The position numbers were made by a program, and so were the translations under genes. A model generated the notes under the pieces. It made no database searches and had not been told where the DNA came from. It was given only the letters and a program-made list of their open reading frames with translations. DNA of 63,572 nucleotides, filler included, from Reclinomonas americana ATCC 50394 (taxonomy: Eukaryota), in assembly GCA_048213135.1 (NCBI GenBank). It is 55 parts of 55 records of this genome, joined end to end, with 100 filler letters (N's around TTAATTAATTAA, not from the genome) between each part and the next. Parts side by side here need not be neighbours in the genome. Positions count along the whole stretch, not along the records: positions 52,149 to 53,196 come from AFZH01026678.1; positions 53,297 to 54,350 come from AFZH01026679.1; positions 54,451 to 55,503 come from AFZH01026680.1; positions 55,604 to 56,656 come from AFZH01026681.1; positions 56,757 to 57,809 come from AFZH01026682.1; positions 57,910 to 58,962 come from AFZH01026683.1; positions 59,063 to 60,114 come from AFZH01026684.1; positions 60,215 to 61,268 come from AFZH01026685.1; 47 more parts are not named here. The stretch is one strand, 5' to 3'. This document shows positions 52,149-63,572 of the stretch, in pieces. The first letter of the stretch is position 1. Each line of letters starts with the position of its first letter.

Positions 52149-53196
52149 ATGCATTGCAAACCACAGGCTCGGCGAAAAAGGAGCTTTTGCTGATGCAGTC
52201 GAAATATTTCTTTTCTTAACTTAAAATACAAATAGGATTTGGTAATTGGTTTTTAGTCTTTTAGGTAATACATTGAAAGAAAAGAAATGTAAGCTAGAAG
52301 TGGTTCTCAATCCAGCTCAACAAAGAAAGAAAGGATGGCTTGACTTCTTCTTTTTTTCTAACTAAATCGAGAAGCCAATCACGGCTTAGAAAAGCTTAGA
52401 AAAGATAAAAAGATGTAGTTTTACCTTGTAAGGAGCAGGCAGAAGACTGAAGGGCCTAGGTCCTTAACGAGAGCAATATCTAATTAAATCGAATTCATTA
52501 GCTAGACATTGAAAGAAGAGTTCTCTTATATAATGGATAGTCAATTTCTTTGATACCATTTCGCTTCTCCTTTCTGTTTGACCTCGCGATGCTGAATCTA
52601 TTCTTCTTTTCAAAGCGTCAAACTCCAAGAAAAAGCTTGAGGGATCCGTACTTAAGAATCAAGCGAGCATTGCCTTCTGATTCTACTGTTAAGATAGGAA
52701 TTAAATTCAAAGTCATCCTTTTTGAACTTCATTCTTTGGGTGAAACCAAAGCGAAAAAGGAAGCAAATAAAGAGCACTTTAAAGACGGATTCTGACCTAA
52801 AGTGCAGCAAAATGATACGAAAAAGTCAGATTTCATATACATATTAATATACATATATAAGAAGAAGAAAATTAAAAGAAAAATGAGAGGGTCAGTTTGC
52901 TTAACACATTAACTTTTCTTCCAATCTTTATGCCCAGTAGGAAAGGAAATGAGAAAGAGTGTGAGATGGCCTCTAATCGTCTGTAAGCAATACAGCGCAA
53001 AAGCAAGGGCAGTCTTTCTAAATCATCCTTCTTTGGAAGAAAGCAATCTTACATCACAAACTCATTCCAGAGGCTTAAATAAAGTTTAAGCTGTCTTGTA
53101 AGAAGAGACTTTTATCAAATTTGTATTTTCTATGGTACCCTCTCATCATTTAGTAAAGATTCTTAATGGGCCGCTCACACCGTTAGATCTCCTGAT
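52149..53196. other. AT-rich non-coding contig of a different origin (organellar-intergenic-like)
   Basis: GC roughly 35% by eye; no convincing ORF; lacks the host-type long microsatellites. Confidence 0.5.
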
Positions 53197-53451
53197 NNNN
53201 NNNNNNNNNNNNNNNNNNNNNNNNNNNNNNNNNNNNNNNNTTAATTAATTAANNNNNNNNNNNNNNNNNNNNNNNNNNNNNNNNNNNNNNNNNNNNAAAC
53301 AGAGTGAGACGCACATCACAAAAGGAACAGCAGCAGCAAACAAGGAGAGCACAGTACCAAGTCAAACACAATCGCATGCATGATGAACGTAGACAGAGTA
53401 GAGAAGGATTGGCTCGCTTTGTCTCTCTCTCTTAACACTCACTCACTCAAG

Positions 53452-54349
<898 letters not shown>

Positions 54350-55149
54350 GNNNNNNNNNNNNNNNNNNNNNNNNNNNNNNNNNNNNNNNNNNNNTTAATT
54401 AATTAANNNNNNNNNNNNNNNNNNNNNNNNNNNNNNNNNNNNNNNNNNNNCGTGTTGTGTTTTTTCCCTCCCCCCTTTGCCACCCCTTCCGCGTTGTACG
54501 TTTGTGTTCGAAAATGCTTCAATTCTTTCCTTTCTTCTTCCTCCTCCTCCATGTCCGTACCTCCTCCCCTGCTTGCACTGCCGACTGCATTCGCCTGTTA
54601 TTTTTTTCGTGGATGCCTGTAATATTTCCTGGCTCTGTCTGTCGGCGTGCCTGCTTATCTGGGGGGCGGTGGGGCTACTGGATTGGAGAGAGGTACCTCT
54701 GCAGAGGTGAACTCACTCACCTCTCCTCCTCCTCATCCTCCTCCTAACCCTCGTGTTTCAGTCACATTAGTTGTTGTTGTTGTGTTGTCTCTGTCGCCGC
54801 TGCTGCGTGGTCGCTTTGTTGTGCCCTCGACCTCCCTCCCCGTCCGAAAAAATCTCTGATGATGATGATAAGAAAAATAATGAATGCAGCGGTGCGGGCG
54901 AAGAAGGAGGGAGAAGGGAGGGAAAGGAAAAAGGAGAGAAAAGAGAAGGGTTCGAAGTCAACAATTGCAAATCGCAGCGAGATGGTTTCTTGCAGCGCGT
55001 TCAACGATGAGTAAGCAAATGTTTCCCTCTATCGTACTGTATACGACAGGGTGCTGGCAAGAAGTGCAAGCAAGAAGCACAGGTGTCATGTGGGACTTCG
55101 TTTTGTCTCCCTCTTCCCTCTTCCCTCTTCCTTCTCTCTCTGTGTGTCA

Positions 55150-55289
55150 ATGCTCATCCCGCCCGACTACTTTGGTGTGGTGCACCCGGGTGTGTACCGC
55201 TCCAGTGCGTTTGCGGCCAAGAACTTTCCGTTTGTGAGGACACTGCGGTTGCGATCGGTGTTGTACCTCAGCGCGGAGATCTCAGTGAG
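55150..55289 (+). CDS. Siw14/OCA-family (Y_phosphatase2) protein, first exon
   Basis: MLIPPDYFGVVHPGVYRS..NFPFVRTLRLRSVLYLSAE. Confidence 0.85.
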
Positions 55290-55994
55290 GTGGGTGGAGG
55301 GGGAGAGAGGAGTAAAGGGAGAGGGAGAGAGGGAGAAGAGGGAGAAGGGAGAGGGACAGAGGGAAGAGGGGGAAGGGAGAGAGAGGGAGGGTGGAGGGAG
55401 AGGGAATGAGGGAAGAGGGAAGGAGAGGGGAAGGAGAGAGAGAGAGAGAGACAGAGAGCGAGAGAGAGAGAGAGAGGAAGAAGAAACAGAGAGGAAGGAG
55501 GGANNNNNNNNNNNNNNNNNNNNNNNNNNNNNNNNNNNNNNNNNNNNTTAATTAATTAANNNNNNNNNNNNNNNNNNNNNNNNNNNNNNNNNNNNNNNNN
55601 NNNGAACGACGGCGACGGTGTTGCCGACGACAACACCGCCGACCGTCGGTCTTGTCGTGTTTTGGCTGGCGGCGACGGCGTTGGTGATGATGCTGGCTTC
55701 CGATCTCGTTGCGGCTTGCCTGGCGGCGTGGCCGCACCGTCGCTCCCGTCACCAGACACGGCAGCGTCCATGGGATCCGAGCGTCGTCGTTCGTCATTCC
55801 GGCGACCGCGTTCCTCGCTAAAATGCAGAAACCGAGCGATAAATTACCACACATGCACACATGAGACGAATCGGAATGTGCAATCAGAATGCAAGTACTA
55901 ACGAGAAAGGAGCAAAGGAGAAGAGAAAAGCCAAGCGGGTACGCAAGACAGCAGTGGCAGTGACACCAGCAAGCACGCCGAAAGCACGAACCCG

Positions 55995-56560
55995 ATATCC
56001 ATGGGCTGGTAATCACGCGGTGAGGTCGCGCCGGCAGCACCGGAATTTGCCGATCGTCTGGCCTCCTCCAGCCTGATGCGAACGTGCTCTGGCAGACATG
56101 CGTCGAAGAAACCAAGTAGGTGGCGAGAGAGGCGTTCGCGAGCAGCCACGATTTCTCCCGCTGGCACAGGGTGCACCATGAACTGCATCTGGCGATCAGG
56201 CAGGACAGTGCCCTTGCACTGCTCCTGTGGAGGGGAGAGAGGCTGGCGGTTCAGCAAGCCACACTCCCGCTCCACACACTCTCTCTCTCTCACACGACTC
56301 CATTTTCTTGTGGCATCAACGCAACAATCTGCGATTCACGAATCCCCTCGGGAATGGGGGCCGTGAAGCAAGCAATGAGCAAGTCACCCGCCTCCGTCGA
56401 CTCGACCAGCGTCGAGAACTCGTATCTCTACATCAGTCACAACGAGAACAACAAGTCAGAACCGCGGCTGCTCACGCTCCCACGAGGAGAATGACGCACG
56501 GATGGTCGTGGATATAACAGACGACACAATGCCAGTACTTGGGCCGTGTTCACCTCCCTG
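55995..56560 (-). CDS. Multi-exon hypothetical protein
   Basis: ...LLIACFTAPIPEGIRESQI|EQCKGTVLPDRQMQFMVHPV joined through a GTTGCGT...CAG intron. Confidence 0.45.
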
Positions 56561-56756
56561 TCGACAGCAATGTAATCGACAGGTGCTGCTGCTGTGTACA
56601 TACACTACGTTAATTCCACTTGCTTGCTTGCTTCGAGAACAACAACAACAACAGAGNNNNNNNNNNNNNNNNNNNNNNNNNNNNNNNNNNNNNNNNNNNN
56701 TTAATTAATTAANNNNNNNNNNNNNNNNNNNNNNNNNNNNNNNNNNNNNNNNNNNN

Positions 56757-57223
56757 CCCAGCGTCGGTGTCGGCCGAGCTTATTGACTTTATGCAACGGG
56801 CGCTGGAGCGTGATCCGCGTCGCCGCTTGTCGGTGGACGAGATGACGGTGTGTGTGTGTGTGTGTTTGTCTCCGGTTTTTCGTCTTGGTGGGTCGTTCTC
56901 CTCTGACTCTGATTGTCGTGCACAGAGGCACGCCTTCATTCTTGGAGAGAAAGGCACGTTGCCTGTCAGCAGGCCAGTGGAGGTCACTGCGGCCGAGGTG
57001 CGGAACGCCATGGTGCCGGTCGTGTCACACGAGGTGTCCAAGCCGGAGATTATGAATAAGATCCAGGTACAGTGTGTGTGTGTGTCCATGCTCCCATATT
57101 CCTGTCGCACCGTGGCTCACGGTGCGATTCGCCCCTGCGCAGGATGCAATCAAGCGGCTGCGTGAGCGTGCTCACCTCAAGGTGACGCGTCGCGTGGCCT
57201 CGGAGGCTGGCGACGAAGCCATT
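56757..57223 (+). CDS. Ser/Thr kinase subdomain XI and tail, CaMKK-like
   Basis: LIDFMQRALERDPRRRLSVDEM..HAF, VEVTAAEVRNAM. Confidence 0.65.
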
Positions 57224-57916
57224 GCGTCGTTTGGGATTTCTCCCGATGTTGCGTACACCCCCTCCCCTGCACACGCGGAACAAGCAACTCACCTCTTGTC
57301 CCTCTTCCCTTGTCGTCTCGCCCTCCCCACAGCGTCAGTCGCTGATCAGCATGGCATCAAGACACAATCACGACTCTGCGTCCATGCCGTGACCATTGCG
57401 AGGTGTCCGACGGCTGGCGCGCTCGTTCTGTATCTCTGCTCCTCTGCCCCCCTCCATCGAGCTCTTTCCGCCCATCTATGCTTTCTCCATCCCTCTCTCC
57501 TTTTCCCCTCCACTAAACTACTCTCACTGTTGGTTGTTAAGGACGAGTGTACCACAAAAAAACAAAAAACTAAAACTCTGCGCATGCAAATTCCACACAC
57601 TCACATAATTTTCCGCTCCACTCGCAACATTCGTGTGCACGCTGTCGCCGGCCCTCACTCACACAACACCGAAGAACATGGCTGTTCTATGGTGCTTCAA
57701 CAAGCTGAAACGTTGCGTGTCACACACATACGCGTGGTCAATACACACACGTCTCCACACACACACGCACGCACGCACGCGCGTCGACACGCGTTGTGTT
57801 GCATTCAGTNNNNNNNNNNNNNNNNNNNNNNNNNNNNNNNNNNNNNNNNNNNNTTAATTAATTAANNNNNNNNNNNNNNNNNNNNNNNNNNNNNNNNNNN
57901 NNNNNNNNNCGCGCAG

Positions 57917-58962
57917 GTGGCACCATTCCGGAAAGAGGGCAGAACGCACCCGGTGCAGGTGGCCAACATGCTGACTGTCAAGTACACGGACCCCACTGAT
58001 CACTCGGATGCCTCGGCCGTCTTCCGGACGGATCTGTGTGAACAAGTCATCCAGGTGCGTGATTCGTTTCTGGTGCGATGCTCGAGCTGTGTTGTTGTTG
58101 TTGTTGATGCATGTGCATATGCAGGCCATCAAGGGCGCAATCACACGTATCACGCAAGAATTCCGGCATGCGGCGTTCCAGGAGGGCAAGGTGTGTGTGT
58201 GTTTTTTGTGCCATGATGCAACTGTCTCGGCTTCGTACTTGGTGCTCACGAAACCCACGGCACGGGGGGGTGACAGGCCGAGAAGATTGTCAGACCAGCC
58301 GATGTTCCCGGCCCGCTTCTCAACATTGCCTTGTTGAATTTGGGCGCCCGGTCACCGCACACACGCACGGCGGCGTACAATTTGCTGAGCGCTGTCATTC
58401 AGCAGTTCGAGTTTAACACGCCTACGCACCTGAACCCACTCTTTGGTGCGTATCCCAGATCTCCTTCTTTGTGTGCGCTCGTTGAGACAACTGACGCATG
58501 CGCGCGCATTGCAGGGAGCGTGATCCCGTCGAGTTGCGGTTTCCTGGCCAACAAAATCAGTGGCGAGATTGCTGCAGCGCAGCCGGATCTGGTGTTTGAC
58601 TTTTTGCAAGGTTCCGTCACTCGTCTGCTTCATGTACACTGCATCATGCTGACGTGTGCTTGTGACGGCACACAGAGAGTCTTCGTGGCCTGAGGGCCGT
58701 TCCTGCACGGCATCACGTGTTCTGCTTGGACTACATGGTACCGTGGATATGTCGTCTCTCCATCGTGCCGGAGGAGTCGACAACGCGTCAACGGCTGCAC
58801 GTGCTTCTGTCTGAGTTCTTGGGCCTCACCAGTGAGCGCAACGAGGTAAGCTGCGCGTGTGTGGCTGTGCTATTGTTGTGGCGATGGCGTTGCTGACGCG
58901 TCGCTGGTGCAGTTGTATCCGGTGTTCCTGCAGCGATTATGGTCGCATTTTGCCACATTCCC
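57917..58962 (+). CDS. NF1: Neurofibromin (RasGAP) region after the Sec14-PH module, six exons
   Basis: IVRPADVPGPLLNIALLNLGA..RTAAYNLL, CLDYMVPW, LYPVFLQRLW. Confidence 0.92.
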
Positions 58963-59062
58963 NNNNNNNNNNNNNNNNNNNNNNNNNNNNNNNNNNNNNN
59001 NNNNNNTTAATTAATTAANNNNNNNNNNNNNNNNNNNNNNNNNNNNNNNNNNNNNNNNNNNN

Positions 59063-59391
59063 ATGAACCCGCGCGCACGATTGACCAGCCATGCCAGGAG
59101 GATCGGGCCTCCGTAGAGCCTGCGGAGAGTCGCGATCCGTCCGCCGAGGAAGTTCGAGGGCTTCTGCACCACCGCGTCGTAGTCCACGGTGTAGAAGGGA
59201 TTGCGGAGGTGGATCGCGGTGTAGCTCCCGGGGAGCGCGGCGGCGATGTGAGTCGCCATCAGCGCGATGTCCTCCGGGCCGACCACCCACTCGATGCGCC
59301 TGGTGAACAGCGCGAACGGTCTGAACAGCCAGAAGCAGATGCGCAGCAGCGCCTTCTGCCTTCGGAAGATCAGGGTCGCGCTGTCGCTCAT
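59063..59391 (-). CDS. Bacterial hypothetical protein in a surface-polysaccharide locus (3' partial)
   Basis: ATGA overlap with the upstream amidotransferase stop codon. Confidence 0.6.
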
Positions 59392-60114
59392 CGCTTCTTC
59401 CGTCGCGGGATGCAGAACTTCACGTAGAAGCTCTTGGGAACGCGATCGAGCTTCCACATGAGCCAGAAGAACGGGCGGAGCAGTTCGAAACGCCGCTTGT
59501 ACGTCGGGTAGTCCGTGTAGTCCTTCTTCGGCATCGTCATCACGTGCTCGAAGCCTGCGTCATCGAAGCCGATGCGCTTCTTCACCATCGCGATGAGCTC
59601 GGGATCGCCGTGGCGGGGCTCGATGAACTGGGCGGCGGCGAGCCTCCGGTCCATCTGGCCGGAGCGCACCAGCGCCGAGAGCTCGATCTGACGGAAGTTG
59701 ATCCCGAAGCGGGTCGGCAGGAAGTATGTGTGGTAGAACGCCGTGAACCGGTTCTCCAGGTGGTGGCCGCCGTACCACTGCCATCCGTACTCGTCGGCGA
59801 GGAAGCGCTTCGCGGCCTCCTTGTTGTAGTCGATCCAGTACAGCGGGCGGGTGCGCTGGATCCTGCTGAACGCCGACCACTTGACGAAGTTCGTGAAGTC
59901 GAGGTTCGGATAGGTCTTCATCGGCACCGTGCCGAAGAGCTTGTGGACGCCCTTGATGTAGCCGCCGTCCATGTACAGCCAACCCATGGGGGAGATGCCC
60001 TCGGTGCGGAACGAGTGGCCTTCCACGATGTGGCGGATGCCGTGCTTCTCGGCAGCGCGATACAGCACGCCCATGAACCCGATGTCGGTCGGCGCCTCGA
60101 TGTCCTTGACGCCC
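59388..60114 (-). CDS. N-acetyl sugar amidotransferase (WbpG-like), 5' partial
   Basis: EGHSFRTEG..P, YIDYNKE, GWQWYGGHHLEN, LSALVRSGQMDR. Confidence 0.85.
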
Positions 60115-60214
60115 NNNNNNNNNNNNNNNNNNNNNNNNNNNNNNNNNNNNNNNNNNNNTTAATTAATTAANNNNNNNNNNNNNNNNNNNNNNNNNNNNNN
60201 NNNNNNNNNNNNNN

Positions 60215-60248
<34 letters not shown>

Positions 60249-60642
60249 GCAGAAGAAAACGAGACGACTGAACAGGCAGGTGGCGCGAAGCATCGGCACT
60301 GAGTAGATGACATCGGAGACAAGAGACGCCATCCGTTCTTCCCTTTCACCCCTCACAGCCTGCGCGACAAAGAGAGACGAGCACAGAGTAGAAACGAGAA
60401 TAAAGACAACGAATAACCCATGTCTCCCTTCCCCTCTCTCAACTTGACAGCCTGCACGAGACAGCAATACAGAGGGAGTGAGAGGGAGAGAGAGAGAGAA
60501 AAGAAAGAAAGAGGCGAGAGAAAGAGCTCGTGAGAAGCCCCTCTCCCCACCCTGACAGGCTGCGCGAGACAGAGAGAAAGAGCCAGAGCAGAAACGACAA
60601 CAAAGACAAGTGACGCCCTCCCTTCTCTCTATCTGTCTCAAC

Positions 60643-60782
60643 TTGACAGCCTGCGCATGCGCATCATACGCGGCGCGGTGATTGCCCTGCGCCGTGTGTC
60701 GGCGTCCCAGCAGCGACTGCGTCACAATGGCACCGGCTTCGTCGTTCAGTCGGCGTGCAACAATCGATGTGGGGTCGAGCTG
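60643..60782 (-). CDS. TPR-like exon
   Basis: LLGRRHTAQGNHRAAYDAHAQAV fits a TPR helix pair. Confidence 0.5.
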
Positions 60783-61799
60783 CGTGCCAAGAAGAAGGCA
60801 GTGAGTAATATGCAGGTGGAGGGGGAGGGAGGGGGAGGGGGAGGGGAGAGAGGGGAGAGGGGAGGGGCGGGGGAGAGGGAGGCAGGGAGGGAGAAGAAGA
60901 GAGAGGAAAGAGAGAGAAGCAAGCAGTGTTCTCTGTGGACAAGTCATTTTGCTGGTTGAATGGCGCCTCCAGCATGTTGTGCATGAGGTCGCACACGAGG
61001 AGTCACATGCTTGCTGCTGATGTGCATGCATGAGTGAGAGTGTGAGGCTGAGCGGGTGAGAGAGAGAGAATGAGATGCACACAGAGTGCCTTCTGTCCAA
61101 GGGCCTCTCCTGCTTCTTGCATGCTTTTGTGTGTGTGTGAGAGAGAGAGAGAAGAAGAAGAAAGCAGCATTCACGCACACAAGGAGTCGAAAGGGACTAT
61201 TGCTTCTTGCATGTGTGTGTGTGCTTGGCAACAATGCATCATAGACAAGTCATTCGTCCCTCCTCCATNNNNNNNNNNNNNNNNNNNNNNNNNNNNNNNN
61301 NNNNNNNNNNNNTTAATTAATTAANNNNNNNNNNNNNNNNNNNNNNNNNNNNNNNNNNNNNNNNNNNNCACCGCTGGTGGTGCGTCACTGTACACAGGCG
61401 GCACACTGCCTTCTGCAGGCAAGGGCGCGCTCGCCATTGATGATTGATGACAACGGCACGCGAGCAGCGGCTGGTTTGTCGTCTGTCCACACGAACGTTG
61501 GATCGATCTCATTCGCGCTTTGTTTTTCTGAGAAAAGATGCTGTTGAGTTCTCTGCGCGCGTGTGCCTGTGTGCCTGTGTGCCTGACTGTGTGTGTGTGT
61601 GTGTGTGTCGCAGGCGCTACTCGTTGACATTGGTGGTGTTGTTGTCGCTGCTTGTGGTGAGCCAGCTGGTGAGTGCCACTGATGTGGGCGCACTGGGAGG
61701 CGAAGGTGGTGCGGCCGCAGTGGGCACAGAGAGTGCCGACTTGACGACGTATCGTTGCGCGCTTGTCTCTCTCTCTCTCGCTCCCTTTCCCCTCCTCAG

Positions 61800-62153
61800 A
61801 TAAGTCGCTCACTCGCTCTTCATCTTGCAGTGCACCGCGTGTTGCGCGTGGCGACACTGGCCAACTGCGTGGACAAGATTGGCGGGGCAATGAGCGACGA
61901 CCGCCTGGCGCAGTTGCTGGTCGACTGCAGTGAGCAGATGCGCGCCGATTTGCGTGCCAAGACGAGTGTGTCGGCGCACGATGTGATGCAGCTGGCGCTG
62001 TTGCAGTCGGTGGAGGAGCCGTCGCAGGCACCGCGCTCGCTCAACTACATGTGCACGCAGGCGACTAGCTCGCGCTACTGGAACATGGTTCCGCAGGAGC
62101 ACCGCGTGGCGGTCGCCCGGCTGTGCGATGAGCATGCGAGCACGTTTGCTTGA
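61800..62153 (+). CDS. Terminal exon of an unknown protein (a hydrophobic exon lies upstream near 61614-61748)
   Basis: Polypyrimidine tract and CAG, then about 117 open codons to TGA. Confidence 0.5.
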   Translation: MSRSLALHLAVHRVLRVATLANCVDKIGGAMSDDRLAQLLVDCSEQMRADLRAKTSVSAHDVMQLALLQSVEEPSQAPRSLNYMCTQATSSRYWNMVPQEHRVAVARLCDEHASTFA

Positions 62154-62522
62154 GCGTGAGTGAGTGTGTGAGTGGAGAGAGAAAAAGAAAAGCCAAAGAA
62201 GCAGAAGCGAACGCTAATGTGTTGTAATGGACAAGAAAACTGAGACAGACGTGTGCTTGTGGAGGGGGAATTTACGGGCCAGGTGGACGACCGCGACCGC
62301 GACCTCGGCCTCGACCCCGACCGCGCCCGCGTCCGCGGCCGCGACCCCTGCCACGGAATGTTCGGCGAGCCGTGCTGCGATCGGATGGTGTCAGCCACAC
62401 AGACGTGAAAGGGGGGATATNNNNNNNNNNNNNNNNNNNNNNNNNNNNNNNNNNNNNNNNNNNNTTAATTAATTAANNNNNNNNNNNNNNNNNNNNNNNN
62501 NNNNNNNNNNNNNNNNNNNNAC

Positions 62523-63572
62523 CACCTGCACCGCCATTCCCCACGAGTCCAAGCGCATTTGGTGGTCGCCTCCAACGACAGCGGCACCAAGCTGGCGGCC
62601 GTGGTCGAGTTCGGCCGCATCTACACCTCCACCGACTCGGGTGCGACGTGGACGCCGCGCGAGTCGGAGCGCTACTGGGTCAGTGTGGCCTCCAGCAGCG
62701 ACGGCACCAAGCTGGTGGCCTGCGTGTACTGTGGCGGTCAGATCTACACCTCCACCGATTCTGGTGCGACGTGGACCCCACGCGCATCGGTGCAGGCGTG
62801 GTCGGCGGTGGCCTCCAACGCCGATGGCTCCAAGCTGGTGGCTGCAGCCATGGGTGACTCGATCTACACCTCCACCGACTCTGGTGCGACGTGGACGGCA
62901 CGCGACTCGCATCGTCAGTGGGTCGCCGTGGCCTCCAGCGCGGACGGCGTCAAGTTGGTGGCGGCGGTGAGCGGTGGCGAGATCTACACCTCTTCCGATT
63001 CCGGTGCGACGTGGACGGCGCGCGATGCCAGTCGACCGTGGGTCGGTGTGGCCTCCAGCTCGGACGGTACGAAGCTGGTGGCCGTCACCCACGGAGGCCA
63101 GATCTATACTTCGTCGGATTCCGGCGCGACGTGGACGGCTCGCGAGTCGGCGCGCTTGTGGCGGTCGGTGGCCTCGAGCAGCGACGGGTCGAAGTTGGCG
63201 GCTGTGGTCGGCAACGACAAGATCTACACGTCGAGCAACTCGGGTGTGACGTGGACGCCGCGCGACTCGAATCGCAACTGGTTTGCCGTGGCCTCCAACG
63301 CCGACGGCAGCAAGCTGGTGGCGGGTGTGTACGACGGCCAGATCTACACGCTGGACGTCAGCACGTGCGCTCCGTGCTCGGGCCACGGTACGCTGAATAA
63401 CGACGGTTCGTGCACATGCACGGGCGACTACGTGAACGCCAGCTGCAACTGCAGTCCGTCGGCCACCTGCTCAGCACACGGAACGTGCCAGAGTGATGGA
63501 TCGTGCCAGTGTGCTACCAACTACTACGGTGCCTCGTGCAGTGTGAACTGCGTGGCGGCGACGACGTGCTCC
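62523..63572 (+). CDS. Seven-bladed Asp-box (BNR) beta-propeller fused to EGF-like repeats, intronless, partial at both ends
   Basis: Seven 40-aa units W..VASS.DG.KLVA....G.IYTS.DSGATWT at 62565, 62685, 62808, 62928, 63048, 63168, 63288; then CSAHGTCQSDGSCQC. Confidence 0.9.

Noticed and set aside
62469..63386. 305-aa minus-strand ORF (and similar ORFs at 3494-4597 and 31389-32450)
   Set aside because: These are antisense shadows of high-GC genes on the other strand.

Overview
This window is not one locus. It is 55 unrelated contigs of about 1.05 kb, joined by an artificial 100-bp linker (N44-TTAATTAATTAA-N44, stop codons in all six frames), so adjacency across a linker means nothing. Most contigs come from an intron-rich, microsatellite-rich, probably flagellated microbial eukaryote. 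Recognisable fragments include Brr2, NF1, WDR34, NNT, GDH, IDE, CAP, PLD3, CRY-DASH, adrenodoxin, HBS1, NKAP, C9orf78, BI-1, an endoglycoceramidase, a hybrid histidine kinase, RUN, STAND and WD40 domains, Cys-rich surface proteins and a DIRS retrotransposon. Six contigs are high-GC bacterial (actinobacterial-like and Rhizobiales-like, one with T6SS tssM), and one is AT-rich and looks foreign. The strongest cross-contig signal is in splicing: about 18 introns, several pinned by protein homology, use a +1-shifted donor GTTG(C/A/T)G(T/C), nearly always after a non-G exon base, alongside several GC-AG introns and an apparently intron-split start codon. A structured higher-order repeat family also appears on three contigs. 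All assignments come from motif recognition by eye; no database searches were run.
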